Made by a program: the position numbers and the translations under genes
Assembly (NCBI GenBank): GCA_965367285.1
Contig: CBDUII010000001.1
Span: forward strand, 1-27,611
Reading direction: 5' to 3'
From: an uncultured bacterium
GTDB lineage: Bacteria > Nitrospinota > Nitrospinia > CAJXCL01
Length of the DNA stretch: 27,611 nt
The notes under the pieces: generated by a model
The model's database searches: none
Seen by the model: the letters and a program-made list of their open reading frames with translations, nothing else
What the model was told of the DNA's origin: nothing
Part shown: positions 9,332 to 18,010 of the stretch, piece after piece
Layout: each line of letters begins with the position of its first letter
How positions within the stretch are numbered: position 1 is the stretch's first letter

Positions 9332-12034
9332 TTATTCCAAACTTTTTTCTAAAGATGATTTGATTGTCTTTAATTTTTTTTCATCTACTATTTTGGCTCC
9401 ATTTAAGTCGGCAACGTAAAAGACATCTAACCCTCTTTTGCCCTCTGTTAAGATTTTCGCGTTAATTATGTTGATTCCTAAATCGGAAAATGTCCTGGTT
9501 AATAAATAAAGCGAACCAACTCTATCCTGAAAGATAATTTCAATAACCGTATAGTTTTCCGAAACTTCATTATTGATCAGAACAGTAGTTGGGATTAGTT
9601 TGCCTCCTTTTAATTTACTTTTTATACGCAATCGCTTACTTTTTATAATATCAGAGACGTCTTTTTTAAGGGATAAAACATCTTCCAAATCTTTTGATAT
9701 TTTCGCAAAAAGTTCTGTTTCCTCAAAATGCGTATTTTCTGATTGAGTAACCTGTAATGTGTCAATAGCAAGTCCGTCTTTCCCTGAATAGACCTGGGCG
9801 CTTAATATATTCAGTGACCTTGCGCACAATATCCCGGTGATTTTAGCTAACGACCCAACTTTTCCTTTTGTACAAACTGATAATTCCAAAAACCCGGATT
9901 TTTCGCTGCGGGAAAGATCTAATACCATGGTTTTTTGGTCCAATTGAGTTACTAATTTAATATGCTTTGCTATTTTATCCGGGTTAAGAGATGCAAAGTA
10001 TTTAACAGGCATATTCTCCAGATAGAAACATACATACTCTTTATAGACTTTTTCATTGCATAGTTGAGATAAAACTACTTTTTTGCAGTTGTCCGCAATC
10101 TCCTGCTCGGCCATACCGATAGAATCATCCACCATCAAATACTCATATGTTTTATGATACAGTTCCCACAGTAAAGCCCCTTTCCATTCTGTCCACATAC
10201 CCGATGAAACAGCCATAATATCGGCACAGGTATGTATGTAAAGCATTTTTAACATTTCAATATTTTTAAAATTTTCAGCAAATTCCGAAATAGTATTTTT
10301 GTCTGATAAATCGCGCCGTTGAGCAATATGGTTCATTAAGAGATGATTTTTCATTAAAAATCTTAATATTTCACAATCGGATTTTTCCAGATCAAGTCGC
10401 TTAGCAATCTTGTCAATATAAAGAAGTCCGGTTTGAATGTGATCCTGGCCTTCGGCTTTTCCAACATCATGCAAAAGAAGAGAGAGCTTTAAAATTTCCG
10501 GTTTTGTGATGAATTGATAGACTGACGCAATTTCAGACAATTCTTTTTCAGCGCTATAATTTAAGTTTTCCAACTTCTCCACAGCCTGCAGGCAATGCTC
10601 GTCAACAGTGTACATATGAAAGAAATCATTATGAATTTGAAATTTGCATTTTTCAAACTCAGGCAGAAATAATCCCAGTACGTCAACCTCGTGCATTGCC
10701 CGGAATGTTTTAAAAGAGTTCTTTGCCATTAAAAGATTGAGAAAAAATTCTTTTAAATCCCGGCTGTTCCATTCAACATCTTTAAGCAAAGGCAAATTCT
10801 TTCTAATGATCCTTTTCAGGTTTTCACTGAGTTTCAGATCAAACCGCTTAGAGAACAGAAAAACATCAAACAGAAGATAAGGGTTGTCAACAAAGACAGC
10901 CTCATTAAATTCTTTCAAAGAAATTTCATCTTTATATTGTACAAATCCTTTTCCCAGTTCTTTCAGACGAAACAAATTAAAAATAATTTTATTTTTTTTT
11001 CGATATCCCAGACAACGATGAATTAAAGTATTTGAAAAATTATGAATATTGTATGCCGCCGAATAAAAGTCTCTCATAAAGTTTTCGACGCCTGATCGTT
11101 CTTTACTTGAGTCATAGCCTAACATCCCGGTTACTTTATTTTGCGTCTCATGAGCGAGTATATCGTTTTTTTTACCGGTATATATGTGCAGGGCATTACG
11201 TATTTTAAAAATCAGATCTAAAGAATCCTTTAATGAATCATATTCACCGGTATCAATAATATTTTTAGACAGAAGTTCTTCCAGAGATCCTGCGGAGAAT
11301 ATGGTTCGAGTTGCCCAGAGCGCGCAATGAATATCCCGGAGTCCACCCGGACTCTCTTTGATATCAGGCTCTGAAATAAAAATCGACTGTATGTTTTTGT
11401 TGTCTGAAGTTTTTCTATCATGGATATTTTGGAATAAAAAACGATTCACGCCTCTTTGACGAAGATATTTATTCAAAGCTGTAGAAAATTTGGAGTATAT
11501 TTTTCTGCCGCCTGCAATAGGGCGGGATTCCATTAAAGCAGTAAGCGACTCGATATCCTGCCTTGCGATAGTTAAGCAGTCGCTTATGGACCTGCTGCTG
11601 TGACCAATCTCTAAGCCGATATCCCATAAAAATGGGAGCATGTTGCTTGTCATATAATCGACAAAAGAATCAGTTTTCCTTTCATACAAAAACAAAATAT
11701 CGATATCAGAACTTATATTCAGCTCTCCCCTCCCATACCCACCAATTGCGACTAAACTTAAAGAAGGTTCAGCGTCGCCGGTGGCCGGCTGTTTGTTGCT
11801 GGTTGCCGGTTGCCGGTAGTAATTATCACTAAACGTTTTATATATCGACGCAATAGTATCATCGATTAACCGGGTATAGGCTTGAACCGTCTCTATCCCG
11901 GTTGGTTTTTTGAAAAAGTTATCCTTTATGGCCTTAACTTTTCCCTGTAGTTCCTTTTTAATAGAGAGAAGGTACTTATTTCGATCTTCCGGGCTACCCT
12001 TTTCCAACATTGTGTTTCTATATCCAGAAAACAT
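9332..12034 (-). CDS. glnD: [protein-PII] uridylyltransferase/uridylyl-removing enzyme
   Basis: AIGGYGRGEL..SDIDILFL, EPDIKESPGGLRDIH, HMYTVDEH, LLHDVGK and two C-terminal ACT domains. Confidence 0.95.
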   Translation of the reverse strand: MFSGYRNTMLEKGSPEDRNKYLLSIKKELQGKVKAIKDNFFKKPTGIETVQAYTRLIDDTIASIYKTFSDNYYRQPATSNKQPATGDAEPSLSLVAIGGYGRGELNISSDIDILFLYERKTDSFVDYMTSNMLPFLWDIGLEIGHSSRSISDCLTIARQDIESLTALMESRPIAGGRKIYSKFSTALNKYLRQRGVNRFLFQNIHDRKTSDNKNIQSIFISEPDIKESPGGLRDIHCALWATRTIFSAGSLEELLSKNIIDTGEYDSLKDSLDLIFKIRNALHIYTGKKNDILAHETQNKVTGMLGYDSSKERSGVENFMRDFYSAAYNIHNFSNTLIHRCLGYRKKNKIIFNLFRLKELGKGFVQYKDEISLKEFNEAVFVDNPYLLFDVFLFSKRFDLKLSENLKRIIRKNLPLLKDVEWNSRDLKEFFLNLLMAKNSFKTFRAMHEVDVLGLFLPEFEKCKFQIHNDFFHMYTVDEHCLQAVEKLENLNYSAEKELSEIASVYQFITKPEILKLSLLLHDVGKAEGQDHIQTGLLYIDKIAKRLDLEKSDCEILRFLMKNHLLMNHIAQRRDLSDKNTISEFAENFKNIEMLKMLYIHTCADIMAVSSGMWTEWKGALLWELYHKTYEYLMVDDSIGMAEQEIADNCKKVVLSQLCNEKVYKEYVCFYLENMPVKYFASLNPDKIAKHIKLVTQLDQKTMVLDLSRSEKSGFLELSVCTKGKVGSLAKITGILCARSLNILSAQVYSGKDGLAIDTLQVTQSENTHFEETELFAKISKDLEDVLSLKKDVSDIIKSKRLRIKSKLKGGKLIPTTVLINNEVSENYTVIEIIFQDRVGSLYLLTRTFSDLGINIINAKILTEGKRGLDVFYVADLNGAKIVDEKKLKTIKSSLEKSLE
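11777..11818. repeat. Six-unit heptamer array inside glnD (42 nt, in frame)
   Basis: GCCGGTG GCCGGCT GTTTGTT GCTGGTT GCCGGTT GCCGGTA, translating as YRQPATSNKQPATG. Confidence 0.8.
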
Positions 12035-12198
12035 TATTTTTTATGTCTTTTGCTGTATGTTTGTAGAGGAATGAAATTAAACATCCTATAACTTTTTTCT
12101 GCGGGACTTGCTTTGAAAGTAAAATTCCGAAGTGACGTTTCTTGGATTCGAGATATTTATTATGCAGTCTTATGAAATCACCTAAATGTTGTAAAAAA

Positions 12199-12382
12199 GA
12201 GATTCTTCAGTCGCTACGCTCCTTCAGAATGACACGCAGAACCATTTAGTTGTCATCCCTTCCCTTTGTTCAGGACAGGTCTGAGTCATTCGCTTGTCAT
12301 TCTGAGCGAAGCGAAGAATCTCCACGATTGGCTCAGAGCTTGTCCTGAGTGAAACGAAGGAATAAACTCCGCGAAAAATCTC
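12199..12382. repeat. Cluster of REP-like palindromes (GTCATTCTGAGCGAAGCGAAGAATCTC type)
   Basis: GAGATTCTTC..CAGAATGACA (12199-12234), TGTCATTCTGAGCGAAGCGAAGAATCTC (12295-12322), CTTGTCCTGAGTGAAACGAAGG. The 28-mer recurs as an exact reverse complement at 20511-20538. Confidence 0.82.
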
Positions 12383-12404
12383 CTCTTCTTTAGAGTTTCA
12401 TCAC

Positions 12405-12641
12405 TTATTCAAGCTCTTTGTCCAACTCTTCCTTATTATCAAAGTAATAACTGATAGCATCAAACAGTTGGGAAGGGGTAATGTTAGGATAACCTTCAAG
12501 AATTTCATCTATGCTCATACCGGAACGATAATGGTTGACTAAACCAGCAACCGGAATGCGCGTGCTTTTTATAACAGCCTTTCCTTCATATTTATTTAAG
12601 TCTTTTTCTATATATAAATGCTCTGTATTTACAACAGACAT
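12405..12641 (-). CDS. DUF433-domain protein (antitoxin-like)
   Basis: GKAVIKSTRIPV, GMSIDEILEGYPNIT..LFDAISYY; RBS AGAGAGG upstream. Confidence 0.85.
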   Translation of the reverse strand: MSVVNTEHLYIEKDLNKYEGKAVIKSTRIPVAGLVNHYRSGMSIDEILEGYPNITPSQLFDAISYYFDNKEELDKELE

Positions 12642-12694
12642 TTTTTAACCTCTCTATTGATGGGTTCTGATCAGGTTATAAAATTATACTTGAA

Positions 12695-12723
12695 AGTGTA
12701 CAATTATTACGATATAGCGTCAA
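12695..12723 (-). promoter_or_regulatory. Putative sigma70 promoter for the DUF433 gene
   Basis: Minus strand TTGACG (12723-12718), 17 nt, TACACT (12700-12695). Confidence 0.5.
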
Positions 12724-12767
12724 TAAAAAACAGGGGATTATCCTGGAATTTAGCTACGGCTGAACAT

Positions 12768-12903
12768 CTACTGTATTAATTGAATAGAACAGATTTGGCG
12801 GCCTTTTTGATGAAGTTTCTTGTCACTGGTAACGAGCAGGCACTTATTTATAGAAGCCGTATGTAATATGATGGAATCCGTTAGTATCCAGGAGTATATC
12901 CAC
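12768..12903 (-). pseudogene. vapC: VapC/PIN toxin remnant with large internal deletion
   Basis: GTG directly after the antitoxin stop gives MDILLDTN (PIN N-terminal motif). In another frame from 12878: DSIILHTASINKCLLVTSDKKL...* (PIN C-terminal motif). The middle is absent. Confidence 0.78.
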
Positions 12904-13152
12904 TTACCTTTCCCATTCACTTCTTAACTTTTTCTGCAAATTTACAGCATTGCCAAAATAATTTCTTTTTACGGAATTTTTACATTTATTAAGTAAGGTG
13001 AAATTCCTTTTTTTAATACTTTTTTCATTAATAAAGTTCCGAACTGATTTTGTAATAAGAGAAGTCATGTTTTCAGTGTGGTTTTCCAGGGCAATTTTTT
13101 TTAACTCCTTGATATCTTCTTCCTCCAAGTAAAGAGTGGTTTTGCGTTTCAT
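12904..13152 (-). CDS. Ribbon-helix-helix (CopG/VapB-like) antitoxin
   Basis: MKRKTTLYLEEE RHH-like start, C-terminal LRSEWER, directly abutting the PIN remnant (TAAGTG). Confidence 0.78.
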   Translation of the reverse strand: MKRKTTLYLEEEDIKELKKIALENHTENMTSLITKSVRNFINEKSIKKRNFTLLNKCKNSVKRNYFGNAVNLQKKLRSEWER

Positions 13153-13226
13153 AAATTCACCTGCTCATCCTCAAGTAAGTTTCAAGTTAGGCCATCCTGC
13201 CCAACTTTTTTGAAATTCCTATACAT

Positions 13227-13340
13227 CAAGTTAGATTCCCGTTTTCGCAGAGCTAAGCTCAGCTTTGCGGGAATGACAAAAGACGAATGAAGAATGGCAC
13301 TTCCGGGACTGTCATTCCCACATACCTTTAGCGGGAATCC
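13227..13340. repeat. Pair of REP-like palindromes (GATTCCCG..GCGGGAATGACA type)
   Basis: GATTCCCG..GCGGGAATGACA (13234-13277) facing TGTCATTCCC..GCGGGAATCC (13310-13340); related to 25827-25850. Confidence 0.75.
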
Positions 13341-13419
13341 AGGGGATGGACAACTGCATTGCAATCGATTGACATATTTGAGCATTAGAAAAGTTGCCGA
13401 AGCGCCTAAGTTCAAAGAT

Positions 13420-13662
13420 TCACATTTCAACCCACTCCTCATTTCTTTTCTGAAAAATTCCTGCTAATAAGAGTTTATTTAAAATACATATCTCAGTAAC
13501 TTTTCGCGAAAGGTCTGTATCAAACTCTAATGCAAGAGCGCAGGTGGAACTGATTTTGCGAGGTTTGATAATAGGCCGGACTCGTATCTGGTTCCGCTTT
13601 AAAATTTTTTCAGCCAGCAGGGCGTCATGGTTGGAGTTGAAGGCGGCTATTGCTTTTGACAT
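13420..13662 (-). CDS. DUF3343-like small putative S/Se-carrier protein, copy 1
   Basis: F-x-S-x-H-x-A-L-x-A-E-K, PRKISSTCALAL; 68/80 aa identical to 19095..19343. Confidence 0.75.
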   Translation of the reverse strand: MSKAIAAFNSNHDALLAEKILKRNQIRVRPIIKPRKISSTCALALEFDTDLSRKVTEICILNKLLLAGIFQKRNEEWVEM

Positions 13663-13899
13663 ATCAAGCCGGTCAGGTGTCAGCGGATAAGTTCAATAAT
13701 CCACAACTAACTGCTAACCATTATAATTCCTATCACTGTTAAATGAATTGACTCTAAACCAAATTCAACCCCTGTTCGGAATTCAATTTATTTTCGTTTC
13801 AGGGCAGCCCTTCTCTTCTAATGCCTTTTCCAATTTCAAGCATCCGAATTTTTTTGACTGTAGAATACTAGTAGCCAAAGGCAGACTTGATAATCATTA

Positions 13900-14742
13900 C
13901 TAAAGATTTTTACATGAACTTAGCAAATCTCTAAATGTCTTTTTGTCGTTCCTATCAATTTTAATAAATGCCATTCTTACTACATACCAATCTGCCAGCT
14001 CTCTTTTAGCAAGCCCGACTTCAAAACTAACCACCTTTCCCAATACTTTAATAGGAGCAGGAAACCCTTCGGCCTCTATCTTTGCATTGTACTCCTTTCC
14101 AAACATACCCTGACCATTTTGATTGAACTGATTTCTGGCAACCCGGAAGCATACTCCACCTTCCGATATATCTACAAGAACGCCTGTCCCCAGTTTGATA
14201 ACCTTATTCTCCCCGGTATTTCCATACTCCCGAAACTCATACTCCTGAAACTTGATTTTCCCTTTAATTTTGAATCTTGGGAACTTTCTGCGGTCGACCT
14301 TTAAAGATTGCAGTCGCGCGGCGGTGCTCACCTGGTGCTGAAAGCAGAGGTCTACCAGAAATCTGCGAGCAGAAGGATATTTCATGGCTAATTTCTCGTA
14401 AATATCCCTTGGGATTTCTATCAACTGAGAATCGGTAATAGTAGAAACAGAAGCTGACCGCAATCGCCCTGTAAGAAAAGAGAATTCTCCAAAAAAATTT
14501 CCCACCCCCAGCTTGGAAAGCAAAATATTTTTACCATTGCCCGGATTCTTAATCGTAGCTCTTAGTACTCCATCTACCACAAAAAATAAAGAATCACCCT
14601 TTTCCCTCTCGGTGACAACCGTTTCATCACTTTTCAAATGATGCATTTTAATCTGCTTCACAACCTCATCAAATTCATCGGGAGAAAGCTCATAAAAAAA
14701 AGGGCTTGATTTCAGCATTCTGATTAAAGTTTTATCATCCAT
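13900..14742 (-). CDS. Cyclic-nucleotide-binding domain fused to PilZ domain
   Basis: cNMP: GDSLFFVVDG, FFGEFSFL..RSASV. PilZ: DRRKFPR (RxxxR) and DISEGG (DxSxxG). Confidence 0.85.
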   Translation of the reverse strand: MDDKTLIRMLKSSPFFYELSPDEFDEVVKQIKMHHLKSDETVVTEREKGDSLFFVVDGVLRATIKNPGNGKNILLSKLGVGNFFGEFSFLTGRLRSASVSTITDSQLIEIPRDIYEKLAMKYPSARRFLVDLCFQHQVSTAARLQSLKVDRRKFPRFKIKGKIKFQEYEFREYGNTGENKVIKLGTGVLVDISEGGVCFRVARNQFNQNGQGMFGKEYNAKIEAEGFPAPIKVLGKVVSFEVGLAKRELADWYVVRMAFIKIDRNDKKTFRDLLSSCKNL

Positions 14743-14754
14743 GATATTTGCCGA

Positions 14755-16368
14755 TTAAGATTTTATTTTGCCCTGGGAGAATTCATCAAGTAACCGCTTA
14801 AGCTGGATACTGCTTTCCTCCCTCTTCTTAGACAGGTTCGATGCCCTATCCATCAGATCACCAAACTTACGCTCCTGCTCTCTCATTTCATTAAAAATCC
14901 CTTCTGTTTCTGCCTCAGGAAAAAAGCCGGGCTCCTCAAAAGGAACGCCGAAGCGTTCGAAATATATTTCCTTTATTTTTTCAATGGTCTCGGTAAAATC
15001 ACTCTCAAAGAAGTCATCTCTACCTAATTCCCCTGTAAGAACCTCTTTTAGATTATAAATCGACTTATTAAACCTTTTACGAAAAAAGTTTTCAACCAGT
15101 TGCAAAATAATTTTCATTTTTTCTTCAGAAATTTTCGATTCTTCCAGCAACTTGATAAAAGTATCGCGAATATTATGCAGGGGACGCTTAAACCTCTTTT
15201 CATACAACGATTCTATAAACTGGCTCAATTCCTTAATGTTTCCATCGGAAAAATCGGAATATTCAAGTGATGAATAGAGGGCTGTTTTTATATCATAAGG
15301 CAGCTTGTCAAACTTTTTTGTAAAGGAATTTTCAAGCTTTTGAATTGCCTCTTTAGCCATATCCTCAGAACAAGCTCCAGACCTGATTATTTGAGAGACT
15401 TTATCTATATGGTCTCCCAGAGAAAAAGATTGAGGCTGAGAAAATTTTTCCCGGATATCTTTTGGGGGAGTAACTATCACCTTATTATCCGGCTTTTCCT
15501 TGTTTGATGCATCCACTTTCCAGTATTCGCTGAAGGTAGACGCCTTATTTTTTATATAAATCGATTCAAATTTTCTGGCAATAGAGGCAAAACAGCGGCT
15601 GGATATCGATTCGGGGCTAAGTACCATAATCGGTTTCTGTTGAATCACAGATGCTATTAAATTCTGGTCCATCATAACGTGACCAAGGTATTTCGTCTCT
15701 AAAGAAAGGTATTTTTTGGTCGCTGCATTAAACCTGTTAAATATCTTAACGCTGTCTTCATAACTGAGCACCATGTTTACCAGAATATAAATGTTGCCAC
15801 CAAATCCCCTGGCTTTAAGGACTTTTATTAAAGCATAAGAATCGGTCAGAGATGTTGGCTCCGGCGAAACAACAACGACAGCTTCCTGGGCAGATTGAAC
15901 AAAGGAAAGCACTGTGGAAGAAATACCGGCTGAAGTATCAATCAGAATGTAATCAAATTCCCTTTCAATTTCCTCAAAAACAGAGATAAGTTTATCCTTT
16001 CTTTGAGGATCAAGCTCAACAATCTTCTCCAAACCAGACGAGGCAGGAACTATCTTAATTCCACCCGGCCCATCCATCAAAACCTGGTTTATATCCTTAT
16101 CATCTGAAAGGATGTCTTCAAGAGTGTTATCAGGACTTTTTCCAATTAGAATATTAATATTAGCAAGCCCCATGTCTGCATCAAAAATACAGACTTTTTT
16201 CCCCATGCTGACAAGCGCTATCCCCAGGTTTGTTGAAATATTGGTCTTGCCAACCCCACCTTTTCCACTGGTTATAGCAAGAATTCGAGCCGTGGATTTC
16301 TTTCCATCACCGGAGGGTAAAATGTCCGGCTTCCTACTCTCATTTAGAGCTACGTTATGTGTAGCCAT
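14755..16368 (-). CDS. FlhG/MinD-like ATPase with long C-terminal repeat extension
   Basis: ITSGKGGVGKT, DADMGLANI, IDTSAG, PEPTSLTDSYALIK, followed by ~250 extra aa with 40-aa repeats. Confidence 0.88.
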   Translation of the reverse strand: MATHNVALNESRKPDILPSGDGKKSTARILAITSGKGGVGKTNISTNLGIALVSMGKKVCIFDADMGLANINILIGKSPDNTLEDILSDDKDINQVLMDGPGGIKIVPASSGLEKIVELDPQRKDKLISVFEEIEREFDYILIDTSAGISSTVLSFVQSAQEAVVVVSPEPTSLTDSYALIKVLKARGFGGNIYILVNMVLSYEDSVKIFNRFNAATKKYLSLETKYLGHVMMDQNLIASVIQQKPIMVLSPESISSRCFASIARKFESIYIKNKASTFSEYWKVDASNKEKPDNKVIVTPPKDIREKFSQPQSFSLGDHIDKVSQIIRSGACSEDMAKEAIQKLENSFTKKFDKLPYDIKTALYSSLEYSDFSDGNIKELSQFIESLYEKRFKRPLHNIRDTFIKLLEESKISEEKMKIILQLVENFFRKRFNKSIYNLKEVLTGELGRDDFFESDFTETIEKIKEIYFERFGVPFEEPGFFPEAETEGIFNEMREQERKFGDLMDRASNLSKKREESSIQLKRLLDEFSQGKIKS

Positions 16369-16487
16369 TGATAAACCTTCTTTCTTATAGATAGTGTGCC
16401 TTCTTTAAGAATCAGCATCAATACAAAAAAGCCGGTTTCCCCTGGAAGTTATTTTTTAAATTTAAATAGAAATATTTTGAAAATTTA

Positions 16488-16530
16488 TACTGCGCCCCAA
16501 AAATCAAGCAGCGATTTTTTGGGTGCAGTA
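16488..16530. repeat. Near-perfect inverted repeat in the divergent promoter region
   Basis: TACTGCGCCCCAAAAATC aagcagc GATTTTTTGGGTGCAGTA. Confidence 0.7.
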
Positions 16531-16702
16531 CGGATGATCAGTACATTGTAGATCAATCCTTTTTCAATTAGATAAAAAGGTTGGAAAAGGTTAGTTAGAC
16601 TACCTTAAAGTGAAAAAAATAGCAAAAAAAATTGATTTCTGAATGAGGTTATGTTTAAATCAGGAAATTTTGAAATGAGAATACCTTGGTTCGTACATTT
16701 TT

Positions 16703-17341
16703 ATGAAAAATTCTAAAAAAAACCCATCGAATTCTATCAGAACGGTCATGGCAAAAGGCACTCCTAAAAAAGCTAATTCCTATAAAACCATTTTTTTTTT
16801 TATCTCTCCAATTATATTAATTTTTATTTTTATTAACTCAACATCTGGAAATGAATTCTATAGTCCAAATTATGATGTGAAGAGACCTGAATTTATGTTA
16901 CAAAAAAAAAAGGTCCCTGCCAGGAAAATAGTACCCATAACTCTTTTGCCAAGGGATAAGTACGGTTTGGTTGATTGGGCCGCGGCCGCTCGACAGGGGA
17001 TATTAAATCCCAAACCATCTCTGGAAGATACTTTCAAAGATGAGAAGCTGCTTGATCTCGATATTATTATAAAATCAAAAAGAAGGTTTATGCCGAATGT
17101 TTTGTTTCCTCATGACACCCATACTTATTGGCTCTCATGCAAAAATTGCCATCCAAAGATATTTGTTCCCAAAAAAGGAGGAAACCCTGAAATGACCATG
17201 TGGAAAATAACAAGAGGACAATATTGCGGCCGGTGCCACGACAGAGTTGCTTTCCCAATCAGAGAATGTTACCGATGCCACATGGCAAGGATACCAGAGA
17301 ATCTTCCCAATGTGAAAAAGCATAAAAATATAATTGAATAG
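16703..17341 (+). CDS. c7-type triheme cytochrome, N-terminal membrane anchor/signal
   Basis: PRDKYGLVDWAAA, VLFPHDTHTYWLSCKNCH, YCGRCH, ECYRCH. Confidence 0.88.
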   Translation: MKNSKKNPSNSIRTVMAKGTPKKANSYKTIFFFISPIILIFIFINSTSGNEFYSPNYDVKRPEFMLQKKKVPARKIVPITLLPRDKYGLVDWAAAARQGILNPKPSLEDTFKDEKLLDLDIIIKSKRRFMPNVLFPHDTHTYWLSCKNCHPKIFVPKKGGNPEMTMWKITRGQYCGRCHDRVAFPIRECYRCHMARIPENLPNVKKHKNIIE

Positions 17342-17455
17342 ACAGGACTCCTGGAATAATGATTATGAAACTGGTTAGAGCAAAAATTATTATGCTGTAA
17401 TTCATTTGAATTCATTACTTTATATAAGATTCCTCCCTGCCCTTCAAAATTTCAA

Positions 17456-17485
17456 TTGACAATGTTTTTCAGATTGAATTAAAAT
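17456..17485 (+). promoter_or_regulatory. Putative sigma70 promoter upstream of 17599
   Basis: TTGACA (17456-17461), 18 nt, TAAAAT (17480-17485). Confidence 0.45.
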
Positions 17486-17598
17486 CCTACTCTAGACTCA
17501 TTTGTCTGTTTTGAAATATTTAAAATTATACGGATAAAAAACGCGACCTTATCTATTTTTTAAAAATCAATTTTTTAACAGGAGGGAGGGAGTGAAAA

Positions 17599-17994
17599 TT
17601 GAATAGAAACATAGTTATTATTTTTTCTTGTTTAATCTTTTTTGGAATGTTATTTCCATTAATTCCGGGTACAAACACCGAAGTTGCCGCCGAATATGCT
17701 GATAAAGTGCTTAATAATTTCGCGTCTGATTCAGGGATGCGGCCTGTAGTTTTTCCTCATTGGACCCACAGAATTCGTATTCGCTGCAAAGTTTGCCATG
17801 CAGACCTTGGTTTCCGGTTTCTAAAGGGGTCTAATAAAATCACAATGCGAGACATCGCGAAGGGAAAATTTTGTGGCGCCTGTCATAACGGCAAAATCGC
17901 CTGGCCGGCTTACTTTTGTGACCGCTGTCATTCAGGGAAAATGCCTGAAGGGAAAATACTGATGCCGAAAATGGCCGGAGAAAATCCTAGTTAA
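17599..17994 (+). CDS. Small c7-type triheme cytochrome with signal peptide
   Basis: VVFPHWTHRIRIRCKVCH, FCGACH, FCDRCH; TTG start after GGAGGGAGGGAG. Confidence 0.88.
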   Translation: MNRNIVIIFSCLIFFGMLFPLIPGTNTEVAAEYADKVLNNFASDSGMRPVVFPHWTHRIRIRCKVCHADLGFRFLKGSNKITMRDIAKGKFCGACHNGKIAWPAYFCDRCHSGKMPEGKILMPKMAGENPS

Positions 17995-18010
17995 ATCAAC
18001 TTTTAAGGAG

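Noticed and set aside
12199-12382. Possible CRISPR array
   Set aside because: Repeats alternate in orientation, vary in length, lack regular unique spacers, and no cas genes are present.
13182-13442. 86-aa ORF on the minus strand
   Set aside because: It is a translation of REP palindromes and overlaps the DUF3343 gene end.
13741-13860. Short minus-strand frame CLKLEKALEEKGCPETKIN upstream of DUF3343 copy 1
   Set aside because: No start/RBS and too short to assign; could be a gene remnant but is unsupported.
14755-16368. Assigning the symbol flhG and a flagellar locus
   Set aside because: No flhF, fliA or other flagellar genes are adjacent, and the C-terminal half is atypical.
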